Of a stretch of 64,000 bases of DNA, positions 14,116 to 27,468 are shown piece by piece. A model generated the notes under the pieces. That model searched no databases and was not told where the DNA came from. It saw only the letters and a program-made list of their open reading frames with translations. The DNA comes from Balanoglossus misakiensis (Eukaryota > Animalia > Hemichordata). A program made the position numbers and the translations under genes. The stretch lies in the NCBI GenBank assembly GCA_040954595.2, contig CM082589.2, positions 2,724,075-2,788,074 on the forward strand, read 5' to 3'. How positions within the stretch are numbered: the first letter of the stretch is position 1; the number at the start of each line of letters is the position of its first letter.

Positions 14116-16117
14116 TTTGTTCTCTCAGACGAATTGGATTCACGTGTGTTCGATTTGAAGTCTTCACTGGAAAATTATGTTGGGTCACCCATGTGGTGGA
14201 ACTTGATGTGCGGCTAAGTCGGCCAGGAGATCAGAGCTTATGGTGAAAGATTACTGCAACCGAATAGCCGCAAAAGAGAGCGACGCTACCGTTCCCCAAA
14301 CAGATCCACGGTTCCCGGGGATGCTGCAGTCCAGCCTGCAGACCGTTTCACCGTAACCCAATTTTTTGTTAAAACAACTCGATGGTATTTACGAGACCAG
14401 AACCTTTGTACAGCAAGCCGCTGTCGCCGCGATGCGACAAGACACACCAGTATCTACCTCTATCTGGTCCTTGTGCGCTGATGACGCTCTTGGTCGCCGA
14501 GTGCTGATTGGTCACTGGACGGATGGCTCCTCCAATCAAATCAATTAACAAGTCCCGGGTCGAAAAGTTTAGGAGAATCTAAACAAAAGAAGGGCAAATT
14601 TAATATCAGTGCTTCATCGCAGAATCGTAACTCCGTCACTGATTAACGTTAGGCCCGCATATCAGTTGTACGGAATTTGGACCTTAATTGTGGTTGTTTT
14701 GTCAAGCAATGCGTCTCGCTCTGGACGTTTTATGGCTACAATCAATTTCGTTGTGCGGATGTGGGATGACAACTGAGTTGACAACTTACTGGTGTTAATT
14801 TTGTTTCGTCAGCCTATAAGCGTATACCTATGTTGTTATTTGAATGAGAAAGATCCATATCATACAGGTCACGTAGGTCCCCTGCTTTCATTTTCATCGA
14901 AGTTTCGATGACAGCTACTCTCGTGACTACAAAATCTTCAGTAGGCGTTCCCAGATTGAGTGCTAAGGGGTATGCGCAAAAGCTTTTCGGTAAAGATCCG
15001 TTTTGTTTCGACTGCGACCAGGCTACTGCAAGCAGTTCAATGCCAAACTGTGGTACTTGCAGCTCTGAGAGAGTAACTGGGTTGAAATATATCGTCTGCT
15101 CTGTTAATAATTGAGTCAACGAACTTCATTGATACTTGCGAATCATGACAGGTTTAGGCCTAGGTCCCGGCACAGAATGTCACCGATTTGCACGACTTCT
15201 CTGTCCGATATCAAATCAAATTGGCACATCAAAACAGGGCGCTGTTGAGTTAGATGTCAATAGTTAACCCCGGGACCGCGATATCCACTTTTTGGACATA
15301 TGACTTCAAAAGCTATGGTGTTTTTTCTCTTAACCCGAAATTGAGGTCAGGGCACTTGTGTAACTTATAACTGGTGTTGGCCTACATGTTAAATTTAATT
15401 TTAACGTATTAACATCATTCGCCTGTCACACGGACCTAAACTGCTAATCAAAAGGACAGTCAGTCGTAGGCCTACAGGTAAAACCGCAAGTTGACGTAAT
15501 AATCAATTTGTCCGACGGTCTATGAATATGTATGGTGTAGGCCTACCACTGCCGCGCCGTTCCAACGTAGGCCTAAGCCCGATGCTTCATCCCGGCGCCT
15601 GATGTACGATCGGTTTTGTTCCTTGGCTGAAAATTGAACAAGCAAATTTCCACGAGTATTCAAGTCTTCAAACCTTACCTTTCAAACGCCCCTTTGCAAT
15701 CACAGTGCGCTGCAGTCACCGGTTTCTGGTTAATGGTTGTTGTTGCGCGTGACGATGATGACTAACCTTTGAACTGTCACCCACTCACCCACTAATAAAA
15801 CAAGTCGACCTTGCAGCGCCATCGCCGGTCATGGAATGAAAACGAAGGGCAAGCTCAAAATGGTAGAAACTTTAATCTATAGCTAATAATCGCCATCAAA
15901 GTATCTAATATACAAGCTTACAATGGTACAAAAAATTTCCTATGTACATTTTCGTGTCTACATATGTATAGTGTCAATAGCGTCACACCTTCGTCTTCGC
16001 ATGACTACAAAACGAGTCTACCTCAGGGGAAAATTAACTTTCAGAAATGGCCGGAAGCAAGAAAAGTAAAAAATTCAGCGTCATGGTACAGAGAGGTAGA
16101 TCTCGAGTCAACACTTT

Positions 16118-19100
16118 CTAAGTTGGGGAGAGTTCAGGACTGCTTTCATTATTTCCGGCTATGGTGAATTTAACTTCGGGCGGACTTCTGTTCGGCTCCT
16201 CTTCGAGTGTTTCCGTTGAAGGTACACGCGTCACTCCGTTGCTTCTGCTCCTATAGAGCGCCACCTGTGAATTTCGCCTGTAAAATAAACGCGAGACAGA
16301 CAACATTGAGCAAGTCTCTCTAGACAGCTTGTCAATTGAAACAGAGAGAGAGACACAGACAGCCTGGTAGACAGGCAGACAGACAGAGAGATCCTTACCT
16401 TCTTTCAGCAAGTCTCGTCCGTGTCTCTGACCGTCGTAGCTCTGTGATAGGATACATCCAAATGAATAACAGTGCCAAGATCATGAACGTCACTGGGACT
16501 ACGGATACGAGTATTCTCAACATGAATCCCACTGACTCGGGTTGTGAACAAGCCCCTGTTTCATAACCAGCAACTCTGGAATAAAACAACAACGTCATGT
16601 GTACTTACAACTGAAATTGTACCAGTAAAATAGATAAATTAAATTCGTGGCGTACCGAATCATGAACACCTAGAGTACTGTTCATACCCCGTGCACATAT
16701 CAATGAAAGCAACTGGCTTTGACTATACTTACTCCAGGAGCAGCGTGGATACGCCAAGTGTTATTCCAACCGATAACTTGTTAGCGAATACATAAAACGA
16801 GACCATGAGGGCATCCTTCTTCGACCCCGTTGCTAAAGTAAAATCGTCCATGACGTCTGGTGCCAATGACCTATGTCAAAGACACATCAAAAATGAAAGG
16901 ATTAACGTGTGTCTGTTTAATAATTTACAAAGCATAACTAGTTTGAAATATCATCATTGCCGTCGTCGTCAAAGTCGTAGATTAGGTGGGGGAGAGAACT
17001 TACCAGGGACAGAGAAGTAGGGCAGAGAACATTGTCCCTATCGCTGCAGACATCGTGTATACAGCCACAGGGTCGCCAGGTAGAACGAGCAAGGAACACA
17101 GCAATGGTATCATAAGCTGTAAAGAGAACAGATTGGAAAACGAGTTAGACTCCGTTGAGGATGAATTATAAAATGTCTTCCATGTACGAAAGGTGTCATG
17201 TAGTGACATCAATGTTGAACGTTTTGAACCACCACAACAAAACTTTTATTTTCATCTCTCTGTTTTAGACCGTTGACCGATCGAAACATTCAGTAGTCAG
17301 TCGTTTGTGGGCGCTCGTCAACAGAACGAAAACTCCTCACGGACTCCTCGAGTGACGAGCGCCGGAAGGAGAATGAACAAAATGGCGGAACTTCGTCACT
17401 TCCGGTGAGACCTTACCAATAGAGCTATCCCTGTGGTTTTCCTCTTTCCGATTTTCAGCAGAGCGTACTGCCACACCGGTACAAAGACGAGGGAAGTACC
17501 CTGTAATGTAGGACATTAGAATATAACATTTCTGATCCAATTAAGGTCAACCTTGGTTTAATTTTCAGTTGTAAAAAAATCCACGAACAGTCGACAATAT
17601 AGCTTGGAATCCGTATAACCCAATCTCCGTTATTAGCTACGTTGTATTCTGCCATGATAATGTTACTTAGTCAACCACACTACCATAGAGAAATTATTGA
17701 ATCATCATCCATCATGGAATATGGCACAATATATATCATACTCACCAGTAACACAATAATGGCGTACTGAAAGTGAATGAAGTCTAAGGAGTATATGAAA
17801 AATAGGGTCATGTTTCCCATTACACACTGAAAGAAAAATGAAATAAAGAGACTTTAGAATAAATATTGGTATTTTCAAGTTGAGGAAACATTCCCATTGA
17901 CTGTTACACAGAGAAAGAAATGGAACTTGTTTTTGTATTTCATTCTTACCACTAAACCCAAAATGGTGCATAGGAAGAACATCAGTGACGTCACGTATGG
18001 CACGTGTGTAAATATTTGTTTTAAGCTCGCACAGAATGGGTCCCGCGCACCCTCGTCCTCCACGATGTCTGAAAAATAATTATAAAAACGTTTGTATGCA
18101 TTTGAAAGCCCTTGGTGTGTGAGAAAAATGTTTCTCAAGTTACCGTGAACTGTGTTAAATTCGCACTAGAAACTGAATTACACAACATCACTGATTGCAT
18201 AACTGTTGCCTCTCAGTTCCGATTCATGTACTACACATCATTCCATTGGATAACATTTAGAGAGCGTTTGATCAAAGGACGTTCATCATCCAATCAGTTC
18301 TCGTGTCATTCGAGTGTGCCATACAGGAGTGCTTTGATCCCAGACTGTGTCGGTCCCTCACTGCCAGACAAACGGTCAGGAATGAGAGAGCACGTGTTCG
18401 GACAGAAGGATATCAATACGACGCCACCTTACCTCTTTTCTCTGTTGTTCCTAATTGTACGACGATGCAAAATATCACAATGAGAATGCCAACCATGCCA
18501 GCACCGGCCATGAAAGCAACCGCCTGAAAGAAACGTTGTAGTCTGTCAGCAGTGATGTTTAAGGAGAGAGGTTTCCCTACTCCCGTTTATTAAGATTTTA
18601 CATCACACATTTTTGTCCAGATCCGTTCCAGATGTTAAGACAATGCGGGCAAAGACGACTAGGGCACCTGTGAGTGTATGTAAATTCTGTTTATGATTTG
18701 CATATGTATCGAAGGCCCGATTGCTATAAATACTTACTGCAGGGTGTCGTTCACCTGGCGGGACTGTTGGTCTGTCCGTGATATTTCCATTTGCACAGGG
18801 GTTAGTGAAACTGCCATCACCCATCTGTAAGGCCAATAACTGGGCATAGATGACGCCGCCGAGAACGGTTCCAAACATCTCGCACAGCATACCTGTTTGA
18901 GGAAAGACATTTCAGAAATACATCACGTCCTCCGAAATGGTTACAGCGTTATGTGGTCTTATCGCTGTGACGACATAACGAGGTGAGAATTCATCGTCTG
19001 ATTGGCTCGGCTTGTTAAAGGGGAAATCCGTCGTAGCTGATTTCTACATAATTTGGTAGCTTTGATGTCACTCTTTCAGAAAAAAACATATTCGCCATGT

Positions 19101-21086
19101 ATAGGTCGCGCGATTTTTTACAAAATCTAGGGAAAGTTGGCAGAATTTCCAATATGGCGTTTACTGTAATTTGAATCATGGGAAAAAAAGCGCCAGGACC
19201 AACTTCCGCCCACCTTAGTGTGGGTGATACCATTTTCCGATTGGTGTCACTGCGTCACAAGCTAAGCGTATTTGCATATTTTCCATGGGTTATAGCTCAT
19301 GAAAACTGTCAATAGATGACAAATTTTCGACTTTGCTGATGATTGTTTATCAACTGATGCAAAGAACAAACAATAGCTATGAAAATACGCCTAGTCTGTC
19401 GCCCAGTGACACCTATCGGAGAATGGTATCACCCACACCATGGTGGGCGGAAGTTGGTCCTGGCGCTTTTTTTCCCATGATTCAAATTACAGTAAACGCC
19501 ATATTGCCAACTTTCCCTAGATTTTGTAAAAAATCGCGCGACCTATACATGGCGAATATGTTTTTTTCTGAAAGAGTGACATCAAAGCTACCAAATTATG
19601 TAGAAATCAGCTACGACGGATTTCCCCTTTAACGTCGGTTTCAGAAACATATACTCATTGCACGTCACACTGCTCGAAGTCATACTTACGGTAAGCGGTT
19701 GCCGAGTCCCTGTCTTTCTGTTCCGGACTCAATAACATCGTCAAGGCAACGTACGGCAGATGATAACACTGGCGAGAAAACAAGCAGAACGTCATCGATA
19801 GATAACAGAACATTTGCACCGAAGAAAACTAACTAACGTCGTTTACATATCGACGACTGAAATGACAATCTGTGTATCTCTCACACATACGGCCAGTTGA
19901 CAAGGAAACGATGATCGCCATGGTTCTTACTGTAAGGGCCGTTTGAAAGGTGCAGTACATCACAAGATAATAGATCAGTTTGCCACGTTCGCTCATGTCT
20001 GGAACATACCACAGGAAGAAATATAACACCACAGCGAATGGCGTTGCACAGGCTAACCTGTGAAGAAACAGAAAAAAACATGCATCCCTGAAGCTGGTTT
20101 GACTTACAAGAACAGTGCTCATTACGTGTACACACAACTGTATGTCCGCTATCTTTCTTGGACACTGTGGATAAATCTGACAGAATGGAACTTAGTGCCT
20201 TATAACACGGATCGTGTAGCTCGTCCTTACCATGGTTTGAGTTTTCCAAATCGCGGATTGTCGAATCGATCAATACTCATTCCTACAACAGGATTCATGA
20301 CGGCTTCCCACGCCTTGCCAAGAAATATGATAATACTGGCGTAGATTGGTCGTATCTAGAAAAGAAATCAGAAATTGATAGAGCATTGTACAGTATACTT
20401 TATATTGAAAGTTTTTTCCTCACCAAATAACATATAGTCGACTGTAACGTAGCCTTTAAATTTGCTATAGCCATCCGCCCGTCTGTCTATCAGTCTGCCT
20501 CTCTGTCTATAGATATAGCTGCATGTCTGTCTGTCTCTGTCTGTCTGTCTTTATTTATTTATTTATTTATTTATACTTTTCATATAAGATGGCAAAATAT
20601 GTTTTACTAATTCTTTAATAATTACCATAGCAACCTCTAAGAGGAAAAGGGTCATGTATATTCCAATGGCGTTCACGGTCAATGTGAACGGTATTCCTCC
20701 GATCCCGTAGCATACTTTAGACCTTGTCTTCAACTCACACTTGTCAGTAAACACAGGAATCGACGAATTCCTCAAAAGAGGTACTTTCTTTAGGGGGAAA
20801 ATAAACACACACATTTTATGAGTACGTCTTTATCAATTACATATACGGCGAACTTGTCAACGACTCTCACAAAATTCTCATTATTTATTTAATCCGGCAA
20901 TATTTTCATTTCGCTCATGTAGTTATAGCATTGCAACGCCCTCGTCCAAAGGTCCTTTTGTTGCTAGGCAACGCGTCAATGGGGGTTCGCAATGCGGCCA
21001 CAACCATAGCCAGGTGGCCAAATGAGTCTGATTGAAAGGCAGTAAAACTACGATTGCAATACCTCGTCAGCCAAGTCGTTTTCCAT
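16118..21086 (-). CDS. MFSD2-like transporter, copy C (divergent)
   Basis: MENDLADE|KVPLL..KVCYGIGGIPF..AWEAVMNPVVG..FFLWYVP..RDSATAYRMLCEMFG..SFYVFANKLSVG..YPITE. Exon phases are consistent with copies A and B. Confidence 0.87.
19015..19632. mobile_element. Non-autonomous foldback MITE with TTAA target-site duplication (Kolobok-like)
   Basis: TTAA at 19015-18 followed by AGGGGAAATCC, and GGATTTCCCCT followed by TTAA at 19629-32. Inverted arms are ~250-260 bp around a ~100 bp spacer. It lies in an intron of MFSD2 copy C. Confidence 0.85.
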
Positions 21087-23075
21087 CGTAATACAACCGT
21101 TTTCTGTGAAGACCGTTCTCTTACTCGGTAGCCATGCGGGTTATATTAAAACGAGGAAAACTTAAAGTGGGGATTTTGAACAGTCAAGTAGTTCACACTG
21201 CAAACTCCACTGCGGTGATGATGATAAAGGTCGTTCACTTCACTTGGATTGGTTTCCTGAATTCCTGTAATAAAAGGAAACGCGTGAACGTATACAATGT
21301 ACGTACACTTGTACGTCTGTGATTTTGAAGGTGACTAGGGTTAGGGCTCTAGCGCTTGTCTGAGGTTAGGGCGACCATATTGTAAATTAATTGTGTGTAC
21401 GCTAAAAACCAAGGCGCTCATTCTTTTTGTTGACTGACAAGTACACGTCGCTCTTCGCTTTTGCCACGGGTTATGACAGGTTGTCAAGTTATCAATAAAG
21501 GCTCCATAAATAATCATCATAAATCATCTTTCTCTACATCTGGTATTTTTTGGTTTACAATTCTCCAGAGGTCATTTCTGCGATCGCGTTGATTTGCTGA
21601 GATAGCCAAGCCACTTTCAGGAATATTTGACCCGATTCTGGTCTAGCGCCATCACAAGTAGGTCATCGACAGTCATTGGCCTCTATACACGGTGCAAGTG
21701 GATAATTTATGTGGATAGTTATTAGTGTGTAAATATGACAGTTGAGCTTATTCGGTTTATTAAACCTGGTAGACAGCGACGGGAATTGTAGAAAATAAAC
21801 ACTGGCTTTATACCTAAACACGTTAACAAGGGGATATCACCACTGAAATAATACCCCATACATTCCCCACAGTTGAAAGGCCGGCTATCCTACACTTAAT
21901 AATGCTGGTTGATAAAGCTTATATATATCCCGTCAAGGCAAGTAACAGATTAATCCGAAGCTTCTGTGCAACCATCCTCATCATGACTAAACATTTTCAC
22001 TTAAAAGTTGTAAACGATAATTTTGCCTGTAACGTCTTTCCTAAGTTCAGTAGAATACGCACAATCTCTTTAAGTGGCCCACAATGTCTCGACCTTCAAC
22101 CTGACATCAACATGTGCATGCACGCGCTGGTGCGAGGCGCGCTGTTTTACAAGTAACGCGTCTTTTCTTGAGGGCTATGTTTTTACGACACTGTCAAAAC
22201 ATTCTACAAAATGAAAACTCATACGGCACCTTGGTACTGCTTATTTGCATCAGCCTTTGGTGACTGATTTTACGACCTGGATATAATAACGACCCCGTCG
22301 TGTTTCAAACTATATTGGAAGTAGGCACACCAGCCGCAACAAAACGTGAAATCGTCAATTTGGTTTAAAATCAAGACGTCATAATATAAAAATCCACAGG
22401 ATAACGATTGCACAGAGCAATCGTACGAAAATAAATTCGCAAGCAACCTTACCTTGACCCGAAGCATTAAGCATGGTACTCACTACCTACGTGCAGTTCC
22501 TTTAGCTGTGTGTAAAAAAGTGAAAACAGCTCGTGAACTTTCACAGAGTGACCTCGTACAGGGCATGGAACTCCTAGCGCAGCTGTAGTTAGCGATTTTT
22601 GGACGCCGCCAACGTCCATTTTTCGTCATTCACGCAACGCAGTGAAGCGCTTAAGCTTACTCAATCCCGTGATCCCGCCAACATGTGTGCACTGAATTCC
22701 ATATCAATCCGATCATCCGTTTAGGGGGTCACACTGATACAAATAACAGCAACAATGCGACATAAGTTTCCATGGTTTATCACAAACGGTAGTTTAAAAT
22801 AACATCTTTAACATACGGATATAGAAAAGAAGCGACATTATTTTATCAATCTATAAAATATGTTTATTTTAGGATTGGGAGAGCGCTTGTAAGCAGAAAT
22901 AGTTTAGATTCCTACTTATGCGAAAATTAGCCATTCAGACACACTCAGCAGTGTTGACGTCATTTTAGACACGAGAACCCCCGTGACTCTAGATCGACAT
23001 CACGTGACAGATCGTAGAGAGTGAAAGAGGCTGCAAATCTCACTGTTGCCGGTTCGACTTCCAAATCCAAGTTCG

Positions 23076-25314
23076 ATGAAATACTGCGGCGTAAAATCTC
23101 ACTACTGTCTAAGCTTTGCAGGGGTGGCAATAACACTTTGTTTTCTTCTTTGGATGACACAGGTGAGTCGTTGATGGTTATTTGATTTGGATTAGTGATT
23201 CCATATTCTCCGTGGCTTCTTCCATTGTCAGTGGCTTGTTGGAATAATCTGTATTTGGCGTCCATGAAACGCCTAAGAACTCATAAAATTCCTGAAATGC
23301 ATGTCGGGCTTACAAAGTAAAGGACATATGATTTTAGTAGCTGCATAAGACCCTTGGACAGAGTTGTAAACGTGTGACATTATTTATTTCACTCTGATAG
23401 GCTATTTTATATTATTTTGCTCATTGAAGCATGGCCAACTACATTTCATCAAGGCTCTATTCAAAACCCATACCCGGACATAACACATGCATAATCCCAT
23501 ATCATTTAGTGTTTAGTCATTACCACATATTTTATTACTGACGTATTCTCGTCTCCCATATACAGGGTTTGGTTGTAACTGATTATTCAGTGAGAACTGA
23601 CTATAATAACAAAGAACTGTATTCCCAATGATATATACTGCAATCAACCGTGTGCTTTTTCTATGTAAATGCCGGACATAATATTTTGATTAGACCGATG
23701 AACACAGCCGCACACAGATTACAGAGCACATGTAGCATATACATGTAATGCGAATCGCGAACATCATCACCGCTTATTATGTATCGTGCATGCCTTTATA
23801 TGTCCAGACGTCGAAAGCTGATTTCAACGCAGCTAAATAATCGATACACCACTGCTTATACAGAACCGTATAAATTGTCGGATATTTATTTTCTATTTTC
23901 AAGCGCACAGTAGGATTAATTACTTTTTTTTTGGTCGAAATCTGCCACGTTGTGCCTATGTTTGAAGCAGCGGCTGGTGTATGATTTTATCGCCTATGTG
24001 CCTACTAACCAGCTCATTAAGAAGCCATACGATTAAATGCGTATATAACAAAACGCCATTCCAATAGCGCATGAGGAGATTTTGTGACGCTCCACTGTCC
24101 ACATGCATGCGCTCGCTATTGCATTTTCATCAATTTTATTTCAATCATTCTTTAACATTTCTTGCATAGCGCATTTTCCAGTTGTAGCATCTTATGCACA
24201 CAGGTGTTTTATGACCTCCATTTCAACCATGCCAAGACTTCGCTCATGTCCGCCATTGTCGCAGCGACAAAGGTGCTCACTTCCAAAAAACCGACGGTGT
24301 CGATGAACTGCTGGTCTGCTGTAGAAGAAATGGCGCGGGAATTAGGCATTAAGCCACCCGATGACGCCATGATCCCTGTAAACAACGCAACTGGCGAACG
24401 CCGCCTGCCATTTACTGCCAGCAGTGGTACTCTTGGTCTAACGTCACCGCTGACCTCGAGGTATGATCATCAGTTTTTAAACGTCCCTTCGAGAACAATC
24501 GAGAAGAAAAATATCACACAGTTGTTTGTTTATTTAAAAGACACTTTCTAAAAAGAATTATAGAGGTAAATAATATGATTTGGTCGGCTGAAACTTCTTG
24601 CAGATTTGGTTTGCGTGAGGATGCCGTTGGAAATACTACCGCGACTTCTGTTTATGAAGGGTCTACTATCCACGTGGTTATTGAAACATTCGATTCCAGA
24701 GGACGGAATCGTGACGTTGGCGGCGACTTTTTCTTTGCCAAGATGTCAAATCAACAGCTGAAAAAGTCGACTGCAGGAATGGTGACTGATCACGCGAATG
24801 GTACCTATAGTGTGTACTTTTACTGCGGCTGGTCAGGCTCGGCAGAAATCACAATTACTTTGGTTCATCCACGCGAGGCGGTGCTCTGGATACGTAATGT
24901 ATACAGGAACATCGAACGCCGAGTCGATTGGACAGGTGTCTTCAAAAATGCAAGTTTTACTGAAGAAAGCACTTGTTACGTGTTGGGCGACTCGGTCTGG
25001 AGTGATAAGTGCGAATATGGAAACGAGAATGCGTTGGGAAAGACTCTCTATGTTTGCGACAAGCCTCGAAGTTTGGGGTGTGAGCAACTTTCAACTGTTA
25101 CTACACAGATAAAGACATTCGCCACATATGTCCAGACATATCTACCTGCCGATAAACGATATCTTTTCAAAGGGTGAGTGGACACTTCAAACGGAATAAA
25201 TTCATTGATTCCAATTAGTCGTCGTCGTCCTCCTCCTTCCCCTCCTCCTCCTCCTCCTCCTTCTCATCCTCCTCCTCCTCCTCCTCCTCCTCCTCCTCCT
25301 CCTCCTCCTCCTCC

Positions 25315-25375
<61 letters not shown>

Positions 25376-26569
25376 AAAAGACACTTTAACCATGGTGGTG
25401 TATATTGAGAAAACCTTAAATTAACCACATATTAAAATAGCAAGTTTACATATCTGGCTAAGTTATATCTAAAATATTATGCTAGCTAACAAAAAATACA
25501 GCTTGTGTGATTTTTTATCGAAATCCAACCTATTATTATTTAAATTATTTTTGTTTTAATTATTATCCTCAGTGATAACCTGGTAAAACCACTTGCTGAT
25601 AGCCCGTTACAGATTGTTATAGAAGGTAATCCAGAGATTTATATCTTTTAAATTAATGGTCATGAACATTTGTCACACATGTACAGATGAGTGATTTTGT
25701 TACCGGATTTCATTAGTGGAAAGAATTTGACAGTATAGTCGGTACATTGGAATGTCAGACAAATGTCATTGTTTTCTTGAACAGATAACGCTGATTTGAG
25801 CGGTGAGGAAACCGATGAACTGCCCATGTGCGGACCCGATCTTCCTCTTTCAAATACTGATGGCTTCTGGGAGAACGACAACAAATGGGTGTCACGTGTT
25901 TGCCGAGCGCGTCATTGGTCAGCAGATGAAGCACTGGAGTGCCTCAGGGAGAAGACGATTTACATGTTGGGAGATTCCTCATTGAGACAATGGCACGAGT
26001 CGATGACGAAAATCTTGGGTGAACCTCCGGATTTAGACAAACTTCGACGCAGAACGACAGTCCAGTCGCACAATATTACCGTTCTGTTCTATTTTCACGC
26101 AATCATACTAGGGAGTCCAGCAGTTGATTTCTGGTCACAGAATTTTGAAAGTGACGTCATTGACAGCATAACGGGAAATCAGTGCAATTCCGTGGTAGTT
26201 GTGAATCCCACATTTCACTTCGCGTCGTGGACAACTTCGTCCTACGTGGAAAGGCTGCTGCATTTGCGGCAAGCCATTCTCCGTCTCCAAAGGCGATGCC
26301 CAGAAATCACCGTCGTCTTGAAGGGCACACACCCAAGAGATCATCAAACGGCCGAATCTTACATCCACAGCAGCGACTCTATACTGTACGAGATGAACGG
26401 ACTGCTCCGAAAAATATTTGGAGGAATGCAAATTAATTTCATCGACGTCTACCATATGTCACTTTCGCATTCCGCTGCTAATAATGTCCACATGCCTATG
26501 GATACCGTGATTCGACAGCAAGTTGATTTATTTTTGTCATATGTTTGTTCGGGGATGACAAAACCTTGA
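23076..26569 (+). CDS. NXPE family member (neurexophilin/PC-esterase, SGNH-like O-acetyltransferase), copy 1
   Basis: Exons 23076-23162 (TM anchor MKYCGVKSHYCLSFAGVAITLCFLLWMTQ), 24204-24460, 24604-25173 (Ig-like GGDFF..DHANGTY), 25573-25625 and 25785-26569 (YMLGDSSLRQW..NNVHMP..FLSYVC). Confidence 0.9.
25223..25375. repeat. Compound (CCT)n(CAT)n microsatellite in an intron
   Basis: Directly visible triplet repeats. They produce the spurious poly-P/H and poly-M/R ORFs in the ORF track. Confidence 0.95.
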
Positions 26570-27468
26570 GTTCTTGCCCATAGATTGTCATTTATTTGTG
26601 GCATTTTACAACGAAATTATGCATCATTATCTGTAACTATTGTATTCTTCATCATGCTACAATTAATAAAAAAAGCACAACGCTGGTTTCTTGGTGACCT
26701 AGGGCGTCATTTGCAGAGTTTGAAGAGATTGTGTTGTTTATAATTTATCATGGTATAACTTCTTTGAGTCTAAAGGTTTTGATGTTTTGAGATCATCAAC
26801 GGCAGCAAATTGTATCAATTAAATTCCACACAGCTATAACACCACCATTGGATGACGCCATGTGGTTTGCCCCGTTACCTTTCAATTTAAATCACAATGC
26901 TGTAGGTTTATTGTCCCGCAGATCACGTAATGGTACGTAATGGTATTGTACCGCGACCTATTCACTCGACTTTGAACTGTGCGCGCCCACATGACCCCGT
27001 GACCTTTGCATGTGGAAAACAGGACTTCAAGATGGCCGTGCTTGTAGCAAGCGTCTTGTGGAGGATACAAGATATTTAGGGGCCCATATACGGTATTAAT
27101 TGCCGTTTTTCAGGTACCAAAGTCGCTCATTAAATGTCGGAGGACTATAGGCGTCTATCAATGTCATTTATTTCGTCATCTTTGAAGAGTTTGATTGTTT
27201 TTTTCACGGCGAATTACGTTCTCAGCCGGGTAACCTTGTCTCCAAGCGCACGGGCGATCTGTGGTCACACCCAAGACCCGCCCTTCACAACGGCGACATT
27301 TGCCTTATGATTCGATATATGTGTGTATTTTACTACTTATATTACCTACAAACTAGCTATTACACTGACTTTTCATTTTAATTTTTTAATGTATGTTACA
27401 TTTGCCCCCAACCATATGTTGCTGCCTACGTCCCTGTATAATTACTTATATAATCTAACATTCACAGG

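Noticed and set aside
14814-15119. 101-aa minus ORF and an overlapping Cys-containing plus ORF
   Set aside because: Non-ATG start in the minus ORF, no recognisable domain and no convincing splice context.
19015-19632. Two near-identical ORFs on opposite strands (MVSPT..YDGFPL)
   Set aside because: They are a by-product of the MITE's inverted arms, not genes.
22960-23265. 101-aa minus-strand ORF that looked protein-like
   Set aside because: It is antisense to the first (TM) coding exon of NXPE copy 1 (23076-23162), which has a strong in-phase donor. No family motif was recognised.
25178-25408. Poly-Pro/poly-His and poly-Met/Arg ORFs
   Set aside because: They are translations of an intronic microsatellite.
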